Assembly: GCF_000011805.1 (NCBI RefSeq)
Contig: NC_006840.2
Length of the DNA stretch: 32,000 nucleotides
From: Aliivibrio fischeri ES114
GTDB taxonomy: Bacteria > Pseudomonadota > Gammaproteobacteria > Enterobacterales > Vibrionaceae
Strand: one strand, 5' to 3'
Part shown: positions 18,991-28,363 of the stretch, one piece after another
How positions within the stretch are numbered: the stretch's first letter is position 1
How the letters are laid out: each line of letters begins with the position of its first letter
The notes under the pieces: generated by a model
The model's database searches: none
The model's input: the letters and a program-made list of their open reading frames with translations, nothing else
What the model was told of the DNA's origin: nothing
Made by a program: the position numbers and the translations under genes

Positions 18991-19018
18991 AAAAAAAAGC
19001 ACCGTATTAAACGGTGCT
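18991..19018 (-). terminator. Rho-independent terminator of gcvB
   Basis: AGCACCGT-TTAAT-ACGGTGCT followed by eight T on the minus strand. Confidence 0.92.
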
Positions 19019-19230
19019 AACTAATCTTTTTTAACCATAGGTCAAAAACACAGGAAATATTGAGCATTGGTATCAATAAGTTGATATCAATGATCGGGCT
19101 CTAACAGTCGAGCCAATATGCAAACACAACATTGCAGTTTAGAGAGAGGGGAAAAATATTCAGGGAGGAATATATGTCTTACCTCTAAACTACGGGGCTA
19201 ATATTAGGTTTTATCTGGTAGTTCGACAAT
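18991..19230 (-). ncRNA. gcvB: GcvB small regulatory RNA (5' end approximate)
   Basis: Divergent from gcvA. Minus strand has the GU-rich seed AATGTTGTGTTTGCATATTGG (E. coli GcvB R1: TTGTTGTGTTTGCAATTGG), a 3' region TTTCCTGTGTTTTTGACCTATGG...TTAGTTAGCACCG resembling the E. coli 3' part, and terminator AGCACCGTTTAATACGGTGCTTTTTTTT. A TATAAT lies at 19242-19237. Confidence 0.9.
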
Positions 19231-19286
19231 GGACAAATTATAATACTTGGCATTAAAAAAACTAATGGTTCAAAATGTGAGTTCTT

Positions 19287-20195
19287 ATGTCTCGAAGATT
19301 ACCACCTTTAAATTCTTTACGTGTGTTTGAAGCGGCAGCCAGGCACTTAAGCTTCACGCGTGCAGCAGAAGAATTATTTGTTACACAAGCGGCAGTTAGC
19401 CACCAAATCAAAGCATTAGAAGAGTTTCTTGGTCTTAAACTTTTTCGACGCCGAAATCGCTCTTTGTTATTAACAGAAGAGGGACAGAGCTACTTTTTAG
19501 ACATTAAAGAAATCTTCTCTTCTTTATCTGAAGCAACAGATAAAGTATTGGAAAGAAGTGCCAAAGGGGCACTAACTATTAGTTTACCGCCAAGTTTTGC
19601 TATTCAATGGTTGGTACCAAGATTATCGGATTTTAATAATCAAGAACCAGATATTGATGTTCGTATTAAAGCCGTTGATATGGATGAAGGTTCATTAACC
19701 GAAGATGTGGATGTTGCTATCTATTATGGTCGAGGTAATTGGCCGGGTCTTCGAGTTGAACTGTTATATCAAGAACAGTTATTGCCATTATGTTCACCTC
19801 AAGTGCTACTGAATGAAAAGCCATTAGCGACCATTGATGATTTACGTTTCCATACGTTATTGCATGATACTTCTCGTAAAGACTGGAAGCAGTTTGTTAA
19901 GCATTACGAATTAGCTGGTATGAATGTAAACCAAGGACCTATTTTTAGTCACTCGACTATGGTGTTACAAGCTGCTGCTCACGGGCAAGGTATTGCGTTA
20001 GGTAATAACGTACTAGCTCAACCTGAATTAGATGCGGGTCGTTTGGTTGCCCCATTTGAAGAAGTATTAGTGAGTAAGAATGCTTTCTATCTTGTATGTA
20101 ATGAAAAACAGGCTGATACCGGTCGTATTGCAACGTTTAGAGAGTGGATTTTAAGTAAAGCTCGTAGCGAACAAGAGATTGTGGATGATGAATAG
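19287..20195 (+). CDS. gcvA: Glycine cleavage system transcriptional regulator GcvA (LysR family)
   Basis: 302 aa: MSRRLPPLNSLRVFEAAARHLSFTRAAEELFVTQAAVSHQIKALEEFLGLKLFRRRNRSLLLTEEG; adjacent gcvB. Confidence 0.95.
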   Translation: MSRRLPPLNSLRVFEAAARHLSFTRAAEELFVTQAAVSHQIKALEEFLGLKLFRRRNRSLLLTEEGQSYFLDIKEIFSSLSEATDKVLERSAKGALTISLPPSFAIQWLVPRLSDFNNQEPDIDVRIKAVDMDEGSLTEDVDVAIYYGRGNWPGLRVELLYQEQLLPLCSPQVLLNEKPLATIDDLRFHTLLHDTSRKDWKQFVKHYELAGMNVNQGPIFSHSTMVLQAAAHGQGIALGNNVLAQPELDAGRLVAPFEEVLVSKNAFYLVCNEKQADTGRIATFREWILSKARSEQEIVDDE

Positions 20196-20574
20196 TCGTT
20201 TATGTTTATTGATTGCGAGTATTAGTGGAGCACTAACTGTTGGGCTAGGGGCATTTGGTGCTCATGGTTTAAAAGCGTTTTTATCTCCCTATCTACTTGA
20301 TGTATATGAAACTGCAGTGCAATATCAAATGTGGCATACCCTTGCGTTGTTTGGATGTGGAATTTTGTTGAGAAATTCATTTTCAAAAGGGGTATCATAC
20401 GCCGCCTTGTTATTTACCATTGGAATGCTATTTTTCAGTGGAAGTTTATATGCGTTAGTGTTCACCGGAATAAAATGGTTTGGTCCAATTACTCCATTAG
20501 GTGGATTCTGTTTTATTATCGGTTGGTTAACGCTGGCTGTTTCAACTTATCGTTTGACTGAGGTTTCAAAGTGA
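20185..20574 (+). CDS. ygdD: DUF423 family inner-membrane protein, YgdD-like
   Basis: [44 protein letters not shown]; between gcvA and rlmM as in E. coli. The ORF track begins at 20179; overlaps the gcvA stop. Confidence 0.88.
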
Positions 20575-21662
20575 AACAAGTAATGTTCTATTGTCGCTCT
20601 GGTTTTGAAAAAGAGTGTGCAGGTGAGATCCAAGATAAAGCCACTCAACTAGAAGTGTTTGGTTTTCCTCGCCTAAAAAATAATACAGGCTATGTGCTAT
20701 TTGAATGCTATCAGGAAGGCGATGCAGACCGTTTAATCCGTGAGATTAAATTTAATGAGCTAATTTTTGCTCGTCAAATGTTTGCGGTTGCAGCTGAAGT
20801 TAGTGATCTACCTAAAGATGACCGTATTTCGCCGATTCTAGATGCATTATCTGATGTTGATGGTGTGCCTTGTTGTGGTGATATTCGTATTGAAACGCCA
20901 GATACGAATGAAGCAAAAGAACTATTAAAATTCTGCCGTAAGTTTACAGTTCCAATGCGTCAGGCTTTACGTGGTAAAAAAATGCTGACAGAAAGAGATT
21001 CAAACCGAATCCCTGTTTTGCATATTTGTTTCATTGCTCCGGGTCATTGTTATGTTGGGTACTCTTACACAAACAATAACTCTCAATTCTTCATGGGTAT
21101 TCCTCGTTTGAAATTCCCAGCAGATGCACCAAGTCGTTCTACATTGAAATTGGAAGAAGCGTTTCACGTATTTATTCCAAAAGAAGAGTGGGATGATCGT
21201 TTAGCATCAGGCATGTGGGGGGTTGATTTAGGTGCGTGTCCTGGTGGCTGGACTTATCAATTGGTTAAGCGTTCTATGTTTGTTCATGCGATTGATAATG
21301 GCATGATGGCTCAAAGCTTAATGGATACAGGCCAAGTGAAACACCACATGGTTGATGGTTTTAAATTTGAGCCACCAAGAAAGAACGTAACATGGTTAAT
21401 TTGTGACATGGTTGAGAAACCAGCTCGTGTTGCACACCTTATGGGTGAATGGCTAATTAAAGGTTGGGCAAAAGAAGCGTTATTTAACCTTAAATTACCA
21501 ATGAAAGGTCGTTACGATGAGGTTCTTCAAGATATTGAAAACCTAAAAGATTTCTTGAAGAAAAACGGTTTCCAATACAAGCTTCAAGCTAAGCATTTGT
21601 ATCATGACCGTGAAGAAATCACTGTTCATATCCAAGCGATTTCAAACATTTCTCCACATTAA
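20571..21662 (+). CDS. rlmM: 23S rRNA 2'-O-ribose C2498 methyltransferase RlmM
   Basis: 363 aa; [23 protein letters not shown]-binding [19 protein letters not shown]; GTG start overlapping the ygdD stop by 4 nt. Confidence 0.95.
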
Positions 21663-21707
21663 TATTTCGTTATATAAATATTGATGTAATCCAAATTATT
21701 GAGAAAT

Positions 21708-21749
21708 AAAAAACGCCCGCTGATGTTGATAATCAGCGGGCGTTTTTAT
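21708..21749 (+). terminator. Strong rho-independent terminator after rlmM
   Basis: AAAAACGCCCGCTGAT / ATCAGCGGGCGTTTTT, 16-bp perfect stem with flanking A and T runs. Confidence 0.95.
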
Positions 21750-21799
21750 TTATCTTCAACAATGGTTATTCGGTGTTGAGATTATTTAGGTGCGATGTT

Positions 21800-21899
21800 G
21801 AATATGGTGTGCTTTGGCGCAAAAAAAACTGTTTGTCATCGTTCTGATAACCACATCAAACATAGCCATCTTTCTTTTGCAGAAAAGCACACTATATTC
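21800..21899. repeat. 100-bp imperfect inverted repeat in the rlmM-xni convergent spacer
   Basis: Left arm GAATATGGTGTGCTTTGGCGCAAAAAAAA; reverse complement of right arm GAATATAGTGTGCTTTTCTGCAAAAGAAA; inner arms TGTTTG...CAAACA. Confidence 0.75.
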
Positions 21900-21910
21900 A
21901 TGATACTTGG

Positions 21911-21938
21911 TAGTCCCTAGTCCCTAGTCCCTAGTCCC
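21911..21938. repeat. Tandem heptamer (TAGTCCC)x4 overlapping the xni 3' end
   Basis: Direct read: four perfect copies of TAGTCCC (GGGACTA on minus strand); one copy supplies the xni stop codon. Confidence 0.97.
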
Positions 21939-22703
21939 TTTCTCATATCGTATATCCTGCAAATTAAACCCAAGCTCAATATCTGTTCTTAACCCCGCAA
22001 CCTGACGACATAAAATAGCAGTTTCATAATGCTCATCAAATTTCTTACGGTATTTTTTAGGTAGATCTTCAGACTCGTTTGCGGCCTCAATCGTTGGGAA
22101 TTGAGTTAGAATTTCTAACGCTGCTTTTGGGCCGACCCCCGGAATACCAGTGATTTTACTTGAACTGATCCCTGCTAATCCCCAGTAATCAGCCAATTGT
22201 TCAGGCTTTAAACCAAACTCTTTTTCTACAAAAGGAGCATCTAACCAGCGATGTTGAAAATAATCTCGAATACGTAAAGTAGGAGAGAGTAACTGACAGT
22301 AGCCTTTATCGGTAGAAATGATCGTAACTTGCTCATTATGCATCGCTACTTTATTGGCTAGGGTGGCAACTAAGTCATCCGCTTCATCGCCATCAGAAAG
22401 TAGCGAATCAATACCTAACTTCCACCATGCTTCTTGGATATCATCCATGCCTTTCTGTAATGCTTCAGGCATGGGTTTTCTGTCCTCTTTATACTGAGGA
22501 AGAATTTCTGCACGCCATCCTCGATCTTGAAGATGATGATCAAATACCGCAATGATATGAGTTGGCTCTGTTTCTTTTAATATTTTATTAATAGTACGAG
22601 TGGTGGTGGTGATAACCGCTTGGATATCATCTTGGTTAGGTTGAGCTGAGTGAACGCGACGAATAAGATTAAGAGCGTCAATAATAACCAGATGAATTGC
22701 CAT
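21924..22703 (-). CDS. xni: Flap endonuclease Xni (YgdG/ExoIX)
   Basis: 5'-3' exonuclease family: HLVIIDALNLIRRVH, GDEADDLVATLANK, VTIISTDKGYCQLL, YWGLAGISSSKITGIPGVGPKAALEIL. Start MAIHLV at 22703; the ORF track extends to 22748. Confidence 0.94.
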   Translation of the reverse strand: MAIHLVIIDALNLIRRVHSAQPNQDDIQAVITTTTRTINKILKETEPTHIIAVFDHHLQDRGWRAEILPQYKEDRKPMPEALQKGMDDIQEAWWKLGIDSLLSDGDEADDLVATLANKVAMHNEQVTIISTDKGYCQLLSPTLRIRDYFQHRWLDAPFVEKEFGLKPEQLADYWGLAGISSSKITGIPGVGPKAALEILTQFPTIEAANESEDLPKKYRKKFDEHYETAILCRQVAGLRTDIELGFNLQDIRYEKGTRD

Positions 22704-22732
22704 AACGTATTCATTCCTATCTATAAAAAAAG

Positions 22733-22762
22733 AAAAAAGCCTACGCATTCTGCATAGGCTTA
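22733..22762 (-). terminator. Rho-independent terminator after ppnN
   Basis: Minus strand AAGCCTATGCA-gaa-TGCGTAGGCTT then a T-rich run. Confidence 0.85.
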
Positions 22763-22797
22763 TTATTGTACGTTAGTGAAGGTGAAAAATTCCAGCC

Positions 22798-24156
22798 TTA
22801 ATCCATAACGATTTTATAGCAAGGCTCGTACTTAGAACCCGGTAACTTCATTCGACCTTGTTTTACAAAGTCTTGAAGTAAACGATCCATCTTTTTCATT
22901 AAGGCAGGATCACCATGCAGTTTAAAGACACCGTGCTTTTCGATCTCTGCAATACCTTCGGCTTTCACATTACCAGATACAATTCCTGAGAATGCTTGAC
23001 GTAAGTTGGCAGCTAATGTTTCTTTAGGCTGATTTAAATGTAAATCTAAAGCTGACATCGCTTCATGGGTTGGTTCAAATGGTAATTGGAATTCAGGCTC
23101 AATTTTTAGTGCCCAGTTAAAGCTATAAGAGTCATCCGTTGCTTTACGGTATTCTTTTACCTTCTTAATACCATGATTAATGAAAACCGCTGCTTTAGCT
23201 GGGTCGCCAATAACAATATCATAATAGTGAGTAGCTTCTTCGCCTAAGGTATCGCGAATAAAGGTATCAATAGAGCGGAAATAAGCCTCACTCTCTTTTG
23301 GACCAGTAAGAACGATAGGCATAGGCTGCTGTCTATTCGCAGGGTTCATCATGATCCCTAAGATATAAAGCAACTCTTCTGCCGTTCCTGGGCCTCCAGG
23401 GAAAATAACAATACCATGAGCCATACGTACAAACGCTTCTAAACGTTTTTCAATATCAGGCATAATGATAAGTTCATTTACGATAGGGTTTGGTGGCTCT
23501 GCCGCAATGATTGATGGCTCGGTTAGACCAACAAATCGACTATCGTTATAACGTTGTTTCGCATGACCAATAGCAGCTCCTTTCATTGGGCCTTCCATTG
23601 CTCCGGGACCACAACCAGTACAAATATTTAATTCACGTAAACCTAGTTCATGACCGACTTCACGAGTGTATTGATATTCGACAGGATTAATTGAATGTCC
23701 GCCCCAACATACGACTAAGTTAGGCTCAATACCGGTATGCAAGGCTTTTGCATTACGCAAGATACTAAATACTAAGTTAGTTAGGTGAGTAGCTTTGGTG
23801 AGGTTTAGTCTATTGTGATCAGCGATTTGCATGTTCACGTAAACCATGTCACGTAAAACAGAAAACAGATGTTCTTGAATACCTTTAATGATAGTCCCAT
23901 CAACGAATGCGTGCTCTGGTGGGTTATTTAATTCAAGTTTAATTCCGCGATCTCGGCGCGTAACGGCAACATCAAATGACTGATATTTATCTAATAATTC
24001 TTTCGAGCTATCAGTATGACTTCCTGAATTTAATACCGCTAATGTACAGTTTCGATACATACGGTAAAGTTCACTTGAAGCGGTTTTTTTTAACTGATCA
24101 ACTTCTAATTGTGATAGCAAATCCATGCTACCTGCAGGGCTTATATGAGTAATCAT
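22798..24156 (-). CDS. ppnN: Nucleotide 5'-monophosphate nucleosidase PpnN (YgdH, LOG family)
   Basis: 452 aa; [27 protein letters not shown] matches YgdH; LOG-type motifs [16 protein letters not shown] and [13 protein letters not shown]. Confidence 0.95.
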   Translation of the reverse strand: MITHISPAGSMDLLSQLEVDQLKKTASSELYRMYRNCTLAVLNSGSHTDSSKELLDKYQSFDVAVTRRDRGIKLELNNPPEHAFVDGTIIKGIQEHLFSVLRDMVYVNMQIADHNRLNLTKATHLTNLVFSILRNAKALHTGIEPNLVVCWGGHSINPVEYQYTREVGHELGLRELNICTGCGPGAMEGPMKGAAIGHAKQRYNDSRFVGLTEPSIIAAEPPNPIVNELIIMPDIEKRLEAFVRMAHGIVIFPGGPGTAEELLYILGIMMNPANRQQPMPIVLTGPKESEAYFRSIDTFIRDTLGEEATHYYDIVIGDPAKAAVFINHGIKKVKEYRKATDDSYSFNWALKIEPEFQLPFEPTHEAMSALDLHLNQPKETLAANLRQAFSGIVSGNVKAEGIAEIEKHGVFKLHGDPALMKKMDRLLQDFVKQGRMKLPGSKYEPCYKIVMD

Positions 24157-24307
24157 ATTATGCCTCCCTTGCGTATTTTTATTATTGTTCGAATAATAAA
24201 CTTACACAGCAAAAGAGACTTTTGCTAGGAAAATTGTAAAAAACTGAGAGGGTTATAATGCTATTTGGTATTTAGTTATCAGTAAAAAAACGAAATTCTA
24301 ATGATAA

Positions 24308-25870
24308 CTACGCACTAATGAGTTGCTCAATGCCTTTTGTTTTTTGCTTGTATAACGCTTGTATTGAACGTTCAATAACTTTCTCAGGTATATCACTGTT
24401 TGTGAACTCTGAGCTGCAAATTGAAACCGTGATTTTTACATGGTTATCTTTGAATTTGAATGGCAGTTTCGCAATCGCCGATTGGATATTGGCTAATACC
24501 TTCTTTCTTTCATCTTCAGTGGTTTCAGTAAATAAAATTAAAAATTCTTCGCCACTAAAACGAGCAACAAAATTAGTATCTGATACTTGGTTTTCAATGG
24601 TTTTTGCGATAATGCTAAGCGCTTTATCTCCAGCCAAATGACCGTAATTTTTATTAATACGTTTGAACTGATCGATGTCGATGATACTAAGCACTAAAGA
24701 GTGTTGATGGCGTACCCAGCGTTTATATTCTAAATCGAGACGTTCGTGCATTGCTGCCCGATTATAAACTTTGGTTAGTGGATCTTTGAAAATTCGTTGT
24801 TGCTGGTTATTAAGCTGACGGCGATACTCTAGAGTTTCTTCATAAAGCGTATTGAGCTTTTTGGTTGCATATTCGTGTCGCTCAATTAATGCTGCTTCAC
24901 GCTCTTGCATTGCTTTATTACGTTCAGATAAATCACTCATTTCACTGAGTAGTAGAGCCATTTGAGCTTTATGCTCTTGCATGCTTACTTTACTATTTAA
25001 TAAGTTCTCAGCTTGCTTTACTAGCAGGGAGTATTCTTCATTTAATAGGGATCTTTGTTCTAAATAAGCCTGGCTTTTTTCTTGATTTTGTTCACTTGTT
25101 TTTATGATTTGAGCAACTTGTGTATTCATTTCACCAACAAACGCTTGTGATGCTTTACGTTCATTGTTTGTGCCTTCCAATACTAACTTTAAGGTTTGAA
25201 GTGCAAGATCAATTAAAGATACAGCATCGACACCTGTCAGTAGTTTATTGCGGATCTCAAGTAAGTCTTTTCCTGAAGTACTGTCAAAATCTAATTCAGA
25301 GATTAAATGTTGTAGTTCATTACTTAATTGTTCTTGGGTATCGACATCAATAATTTCATTGGAATTGATTTCAGATGATAACTGACCTACTGAAATGAAT
25401 TTGATCGCTCGCTCATAGAGTTCAATAAGTCGAACAATACGATGAATGTGTTTACTACCATCGTGAGAAGGGTGTTGTAATAAGTTACGAAGGTCTCTTT
25501 TAAGTCCGGCAGGTAAGCCAATGACTCGTTGTAACGTTTCACCACAATAAGAAATATGATCTTCCATCATTGAATGCTCTTTTTGAACATTCTGCTTATA
25601 TCTATTAATTAAGCGTTCAAAAGTAGCAATACGAACCGTAAGGTCTGATGTATTCTCAACTTGTTCAATGCTGGTAGCAAGTTCAACAATCTCTTTATCT
25701 AGTTCACTATCATGATGTTTACACGCAGCACAAAAACGCAAAATAATACGCTTTAATAGCATTATTTCACGACGTGATTTTAACGTAGTGTCTCGGTGTG
25801 ATAGGCGCGTTTGATCTAGCTGTTGCTTAAGCTGGTTTAATTCAGAGGCAACAATGGATACTTCAATCAT
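24308..25870 (-). CDS. GGDEF-domain protein (putative diguanylate cyclase) with long N-terminal helical/coiled-coil region
   Basis: C-terminal DPLTKVYNRAAMHERLDLEYKRW...LSIIDIDQFKRINKNYGHLAGDKAL...VARFSGEEFLILF; the signature is SGEEF. Confidence 0.9.
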   Translation of the reverse strand: MIEVSIVASELNQLKQQLDQTRLSHRDTTLKSRREIMLLKRIILRFCAACKHHDSELDKEIVELATSIEQVENTSDLTVRIATFERLINRYKQNVQKEHSMMEDHISYCGETLQRVIGLPAGLKRDLRNLLQHPSHDGSKHIHRIVRLIELYERAIKFISVGQLSSEINSNEIIDVDTQEQLSNELQHLISELDFDSTSGKDLLEIRNKLLTGVDAVSLIDLALQTLKLVLEGTNNERKASQAFVGEMNTQVAQIIKTSEQNQEKSQAYLEQRSLLNEEYSLLVKQAENLLNSKVSMQEHKAQMALLLSEMSDLSERNKAMQEREAALIERHEYATKKLNTLYEETLEYRRQLNNQQQRIFKDPLTKVYNRAAMHERLDLEYKRWVRHQHSLVLSIIDIDQFKRINKNYGHLAGDKALSIIAKTIENQVSDTNFVARFSGEEFLILFTETTEDERKKVLANIQSAIAKLPFKFKDNHVKITVSICSSEFTNSDIPEKVIERSIQALYKQKTKGIEQLISA

Positions 25871-25987
25871 AATAACTTAGGTAAAAACTCACATTGATAG
25901 ATAGCGGTAACCTATAAATAGGTCAATATTTTCATAGTAACAAAGATATTAGTAACTGACTAAAATAAAGTATCAAATTTGTTTAAT

Positions 25988-26002
25988 TGATAATCATTAC
26001 TA
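25988..26002 (-). promoter_or_regulatory. Possible Fur box upstream of the GGDEF gene
   Basis: TGATAAT-C-ATTACTA versus the 7-1-7 Fur dyad TGATAAT-N-ATTATCA, 13 of 15 positions; about 118 bp upstream of the start. Confidence 0.45.
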
Positions 26003-26045
26003 TACCGTTAATGTTAATTTTGTGATGCATTATTCATTTTTGTTG

Positions 26046-28265
26046 CTAATTTCTTGATGTTATTACCTTTATTAAGCCTTGGTTAATCGCTTGTTCACAA
26101 GCTAAGCGTATATTATTACTTGCAAAACTTGCGGCTGGTGCATTATCTATCGCTCGATAGTTTACCCATTGGCTGCTTGATAGTTCTTCACTCAAATGTT
26201 GAGCTGCATTAGTTGCCATTAATAGAATATCAATTAATTCTCTATCATTAATTGCAGTGTAGGCCCGTGGTAAAAATGGGTATTCAACCATTCCTATATT
26301 AACAGTTTTATCAGTTAAAATATTCGAATCGAAATTATTTATCCAACTTTGAACGGTTTCAGCCATTTCTTGAACACTACAGGTTGAGTCCGATTTATGC
26401 TCGATATAGAGAAAACTGGCATCTGAAAAATGATAAATACGGCTCGGAGAAGTCACTACAGAAGATAAGTAATCCCCAAAGGCTTTTTCAATTGATAAGC
26501 CTTCTTGGTAGCCATGAGTTAGATATAGCTCTTGTAACATAGGAATATGGAATAGCGTAAATCTCAATCTATCACTTAGTGGTTCATTGATTAATTCACC
26601 TAAATGCCATTGTTCAATATTAGAGCTACTTTGTTGTAGTGATGATGGTAATCTTTCTGTTAGCAGACGTAAGTTACGTAATCCACTGCGAGGGTGGGTG
26701 TAATATTTATTTAGTAACAGATGGAGACGTTTTTTCAAGAAACGATTCACTTGCTGTTTTCTAAATGCATAAATTGAAATGATAGTTAGTAATGCAACTA
26801 AAAATCCTGCAATCTTTTGAATTTTAAGCGTTTGTAAATGATTTTCTTTTAATTGAGCTTCTAACCCTTGGTAATGCAGAGATTGTTCAATAATGCTTTT
26901 TTGTTGTCTAAATACTTCTTCATTGATTTCGTTTTGAACCGCTTGAATAGACGAGTTCAGTGTTTCGTATTCACGCTGGGCTTTTAATGCCGCTTCAAAT
27001 AATCCCATTTTTTCATAGGTTTCAGAAAGTAATTTTTGAGACTGTAATTTGAGCGGTTTATCATTGTCTTTTTTGCTATACACAATCGCGGTCTGAATAT
27101 CATTAATAGCCAGATCCGGTTTATTGTTTATTAGGTTAAGTTTTGCTTGTAGAAGAGCCGCTCTTGCTTTTTGCTTTGGTAGTTTTACGTATTCATTAAG
27201 GTTGTTGGCTTGTTTTAAGTAATGCTCACTTAATGCGTAGTTGTAGAGTAAGAAATAAGTATTTGCGATATCTAATCGTAATGAGATTAATTTATTAACG
27301 TTATTTTTTTCTTTCTCTTGATCCAGAGCGTTAAAGTACTGCACTAGCGCTAAGTTGAATCGACCTTGCTTAAGGTGTATCTGAGCGATTAGGGTTAAAA
27401 CGTTAGATAGTTGTTCGCTGTTATTGTAACGCCCGTAAAATTCGGCTGATTGCGAGGCGTGTTCAAGCGCTTTATCCAGTACCTTTCTTTGGAAAAAAAG
27501 CTCACCTAATAAGAAGTTAGCTCGAGCTAGTTGACCACTTTGATCTGCTTCAATTGATTGCCAGTAAGCACTTAATAATTCTGTTAATGCTTGATCAAAT
27601 TGTTTGTTCTTTAAAAAGTGTCGACCATAGGAAATATGATAGAAAATGAGGCTGCTTGGATCTTTTAGTTTTGCCCCATGAGTCATTGCTTGTTTGTAAT
27701 ATTTTTGTGCTTTACTGTTATTTCCTTGCTCAGACTCAACTTCAGCATGAATTAACGCAAAACCAAAATACAGTTTGTCGTGAATGCCAATGGTATTGCC
27801 TGTTTCAAGTAACTCTTGCTCAATAATGGCTAAAATACTATTTGTTTCATCTACATCTTTGGTTAAATTCCACCATAAATAAGCATAGATTAATTTAGAT
27901 TCTAAATAGCCTGACTTTAATTGAAAGTCTTTAGCTAGAGATATCGCTTCTTTGATGGCTTCAATCGCTTCTCTATTTTTATTTAATCTTTTATTAGCGA
28001 GTGCTTTGATTTGAAATGCTTCAACAGTACTTATTGGTGTTCTGATGGTACGTTCAGAATCATTGTTAATTGGAATTTGATTGGGATTTTGACCTGGCGA
28101 GATTTGTCTTTGCTCAAGATATTGGTTAACGATTCTAAGTGATTGCGCAGGTTTGGTATCTAAAAGTTGATAAGCATCATTTAGAATTGGGGCTGAGAAA
28201 AATTTAGCCCATGCAGAAAGTGGGAAAAACACAAAAATAAAAAGAAGACACTGACGGAAAGACAT
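26046..28265 (-). CDS. TPR-repeat protein with signal peptide, one TM segment and C-terminal GGDEF-like domain
   Basis: Signal peptide MSFRQCLLFIFVFFPLSAWA, several TPR-like repeats, TM at IAGFLVALLTIISIYAF, then THPRSGLRNLRLLTERL and RIYHFSDASFLYIEH. The ORF track extends the start to 28292. Confidence 0.75.
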   Translation of the reverse strand: MSFRQCLLFIFVFFPLSAWAKFFSAPILNDAYQLLDTKPAQSLRIVNQYLEQRQISPGQNPNQIPINNDSERTIRTPISTVEAFQIKALANKRLNKNREAIEAIKEAISLAKDFQLKSGYLESKLIYAYLWWNLTKDVDETNSILAIIEQELLETGNTIGIHDKLYFGFALIHAEVESEQGNNSKAQKYYKQAMTHGAKLKDPSSLIFYHISYGRHFLKNKQFDQALTELLSAYWQSIEADQSGQLARANFLLGELFFQRKVLDKALEHASQSAEFYGRYNNSEQLSNVLTLIAQIHLKQGRFNLALVQYFNALDQEKEKNNVNKLISLRLDIANTYFLLYNYALSEHYLKQANNLNEYVKLPKQKARAALLQAKLNLINNKPDLAINDIQTAIVYSKKDNDKPLKLQSQKLLSETYEKMGLFEAALKAQREYETLNSSIQAVQNEINEEVFRQQKSIIEQSLHYQGLEAQLKENHLQTLKIQKIAGFLVALLTIISIYAFRKQQVNRFLKKRLHLLLNKYYTHPRSGLRNLRLLTERLPSSLQQSSSNIEQWHLGELINEPLSDRLRFTLFHIPMLQELYLTHGYQEGLSIEKAFGDYLSSVVTSPSRIYHFSDASFLYIEHKSDSTCSVQEMAETVQSWINNFDSNILTDKTVNIGMVEYPFLPRAYTAINDRELIDILLMATNAAQHLSEELSSSQWVNYRAIDNAPAASFASNNIRLACEQAINQGLIKVITSRN

Positions 28266-28318
28266 GTAAAGGATCCACAAAAAAACAACCATTACATACT
28301 ATCGTTGTGAGGGGATTT

Positions 28319-28345
28319 GTCTACAAAGAAACGTTCTTTGTAGAC
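28319..28345. repeat. Perfect 27-bp inverted repeat between queF and the TPR gene
   Basis: GTCTACAAAGAA-ACG-TTCTTTGTAGAC, 12-bp arms. Confidence 0.9.
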
Positions 28346-28363
28346 AAAATTAATCAAAATGTC

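Noticed and set aside
21911-21938. Heptamer array as a CRISPR remnant
   Set aside because: Units are 7 bp with no spacers and there are no cas genes; this is a simple tandem repeat.
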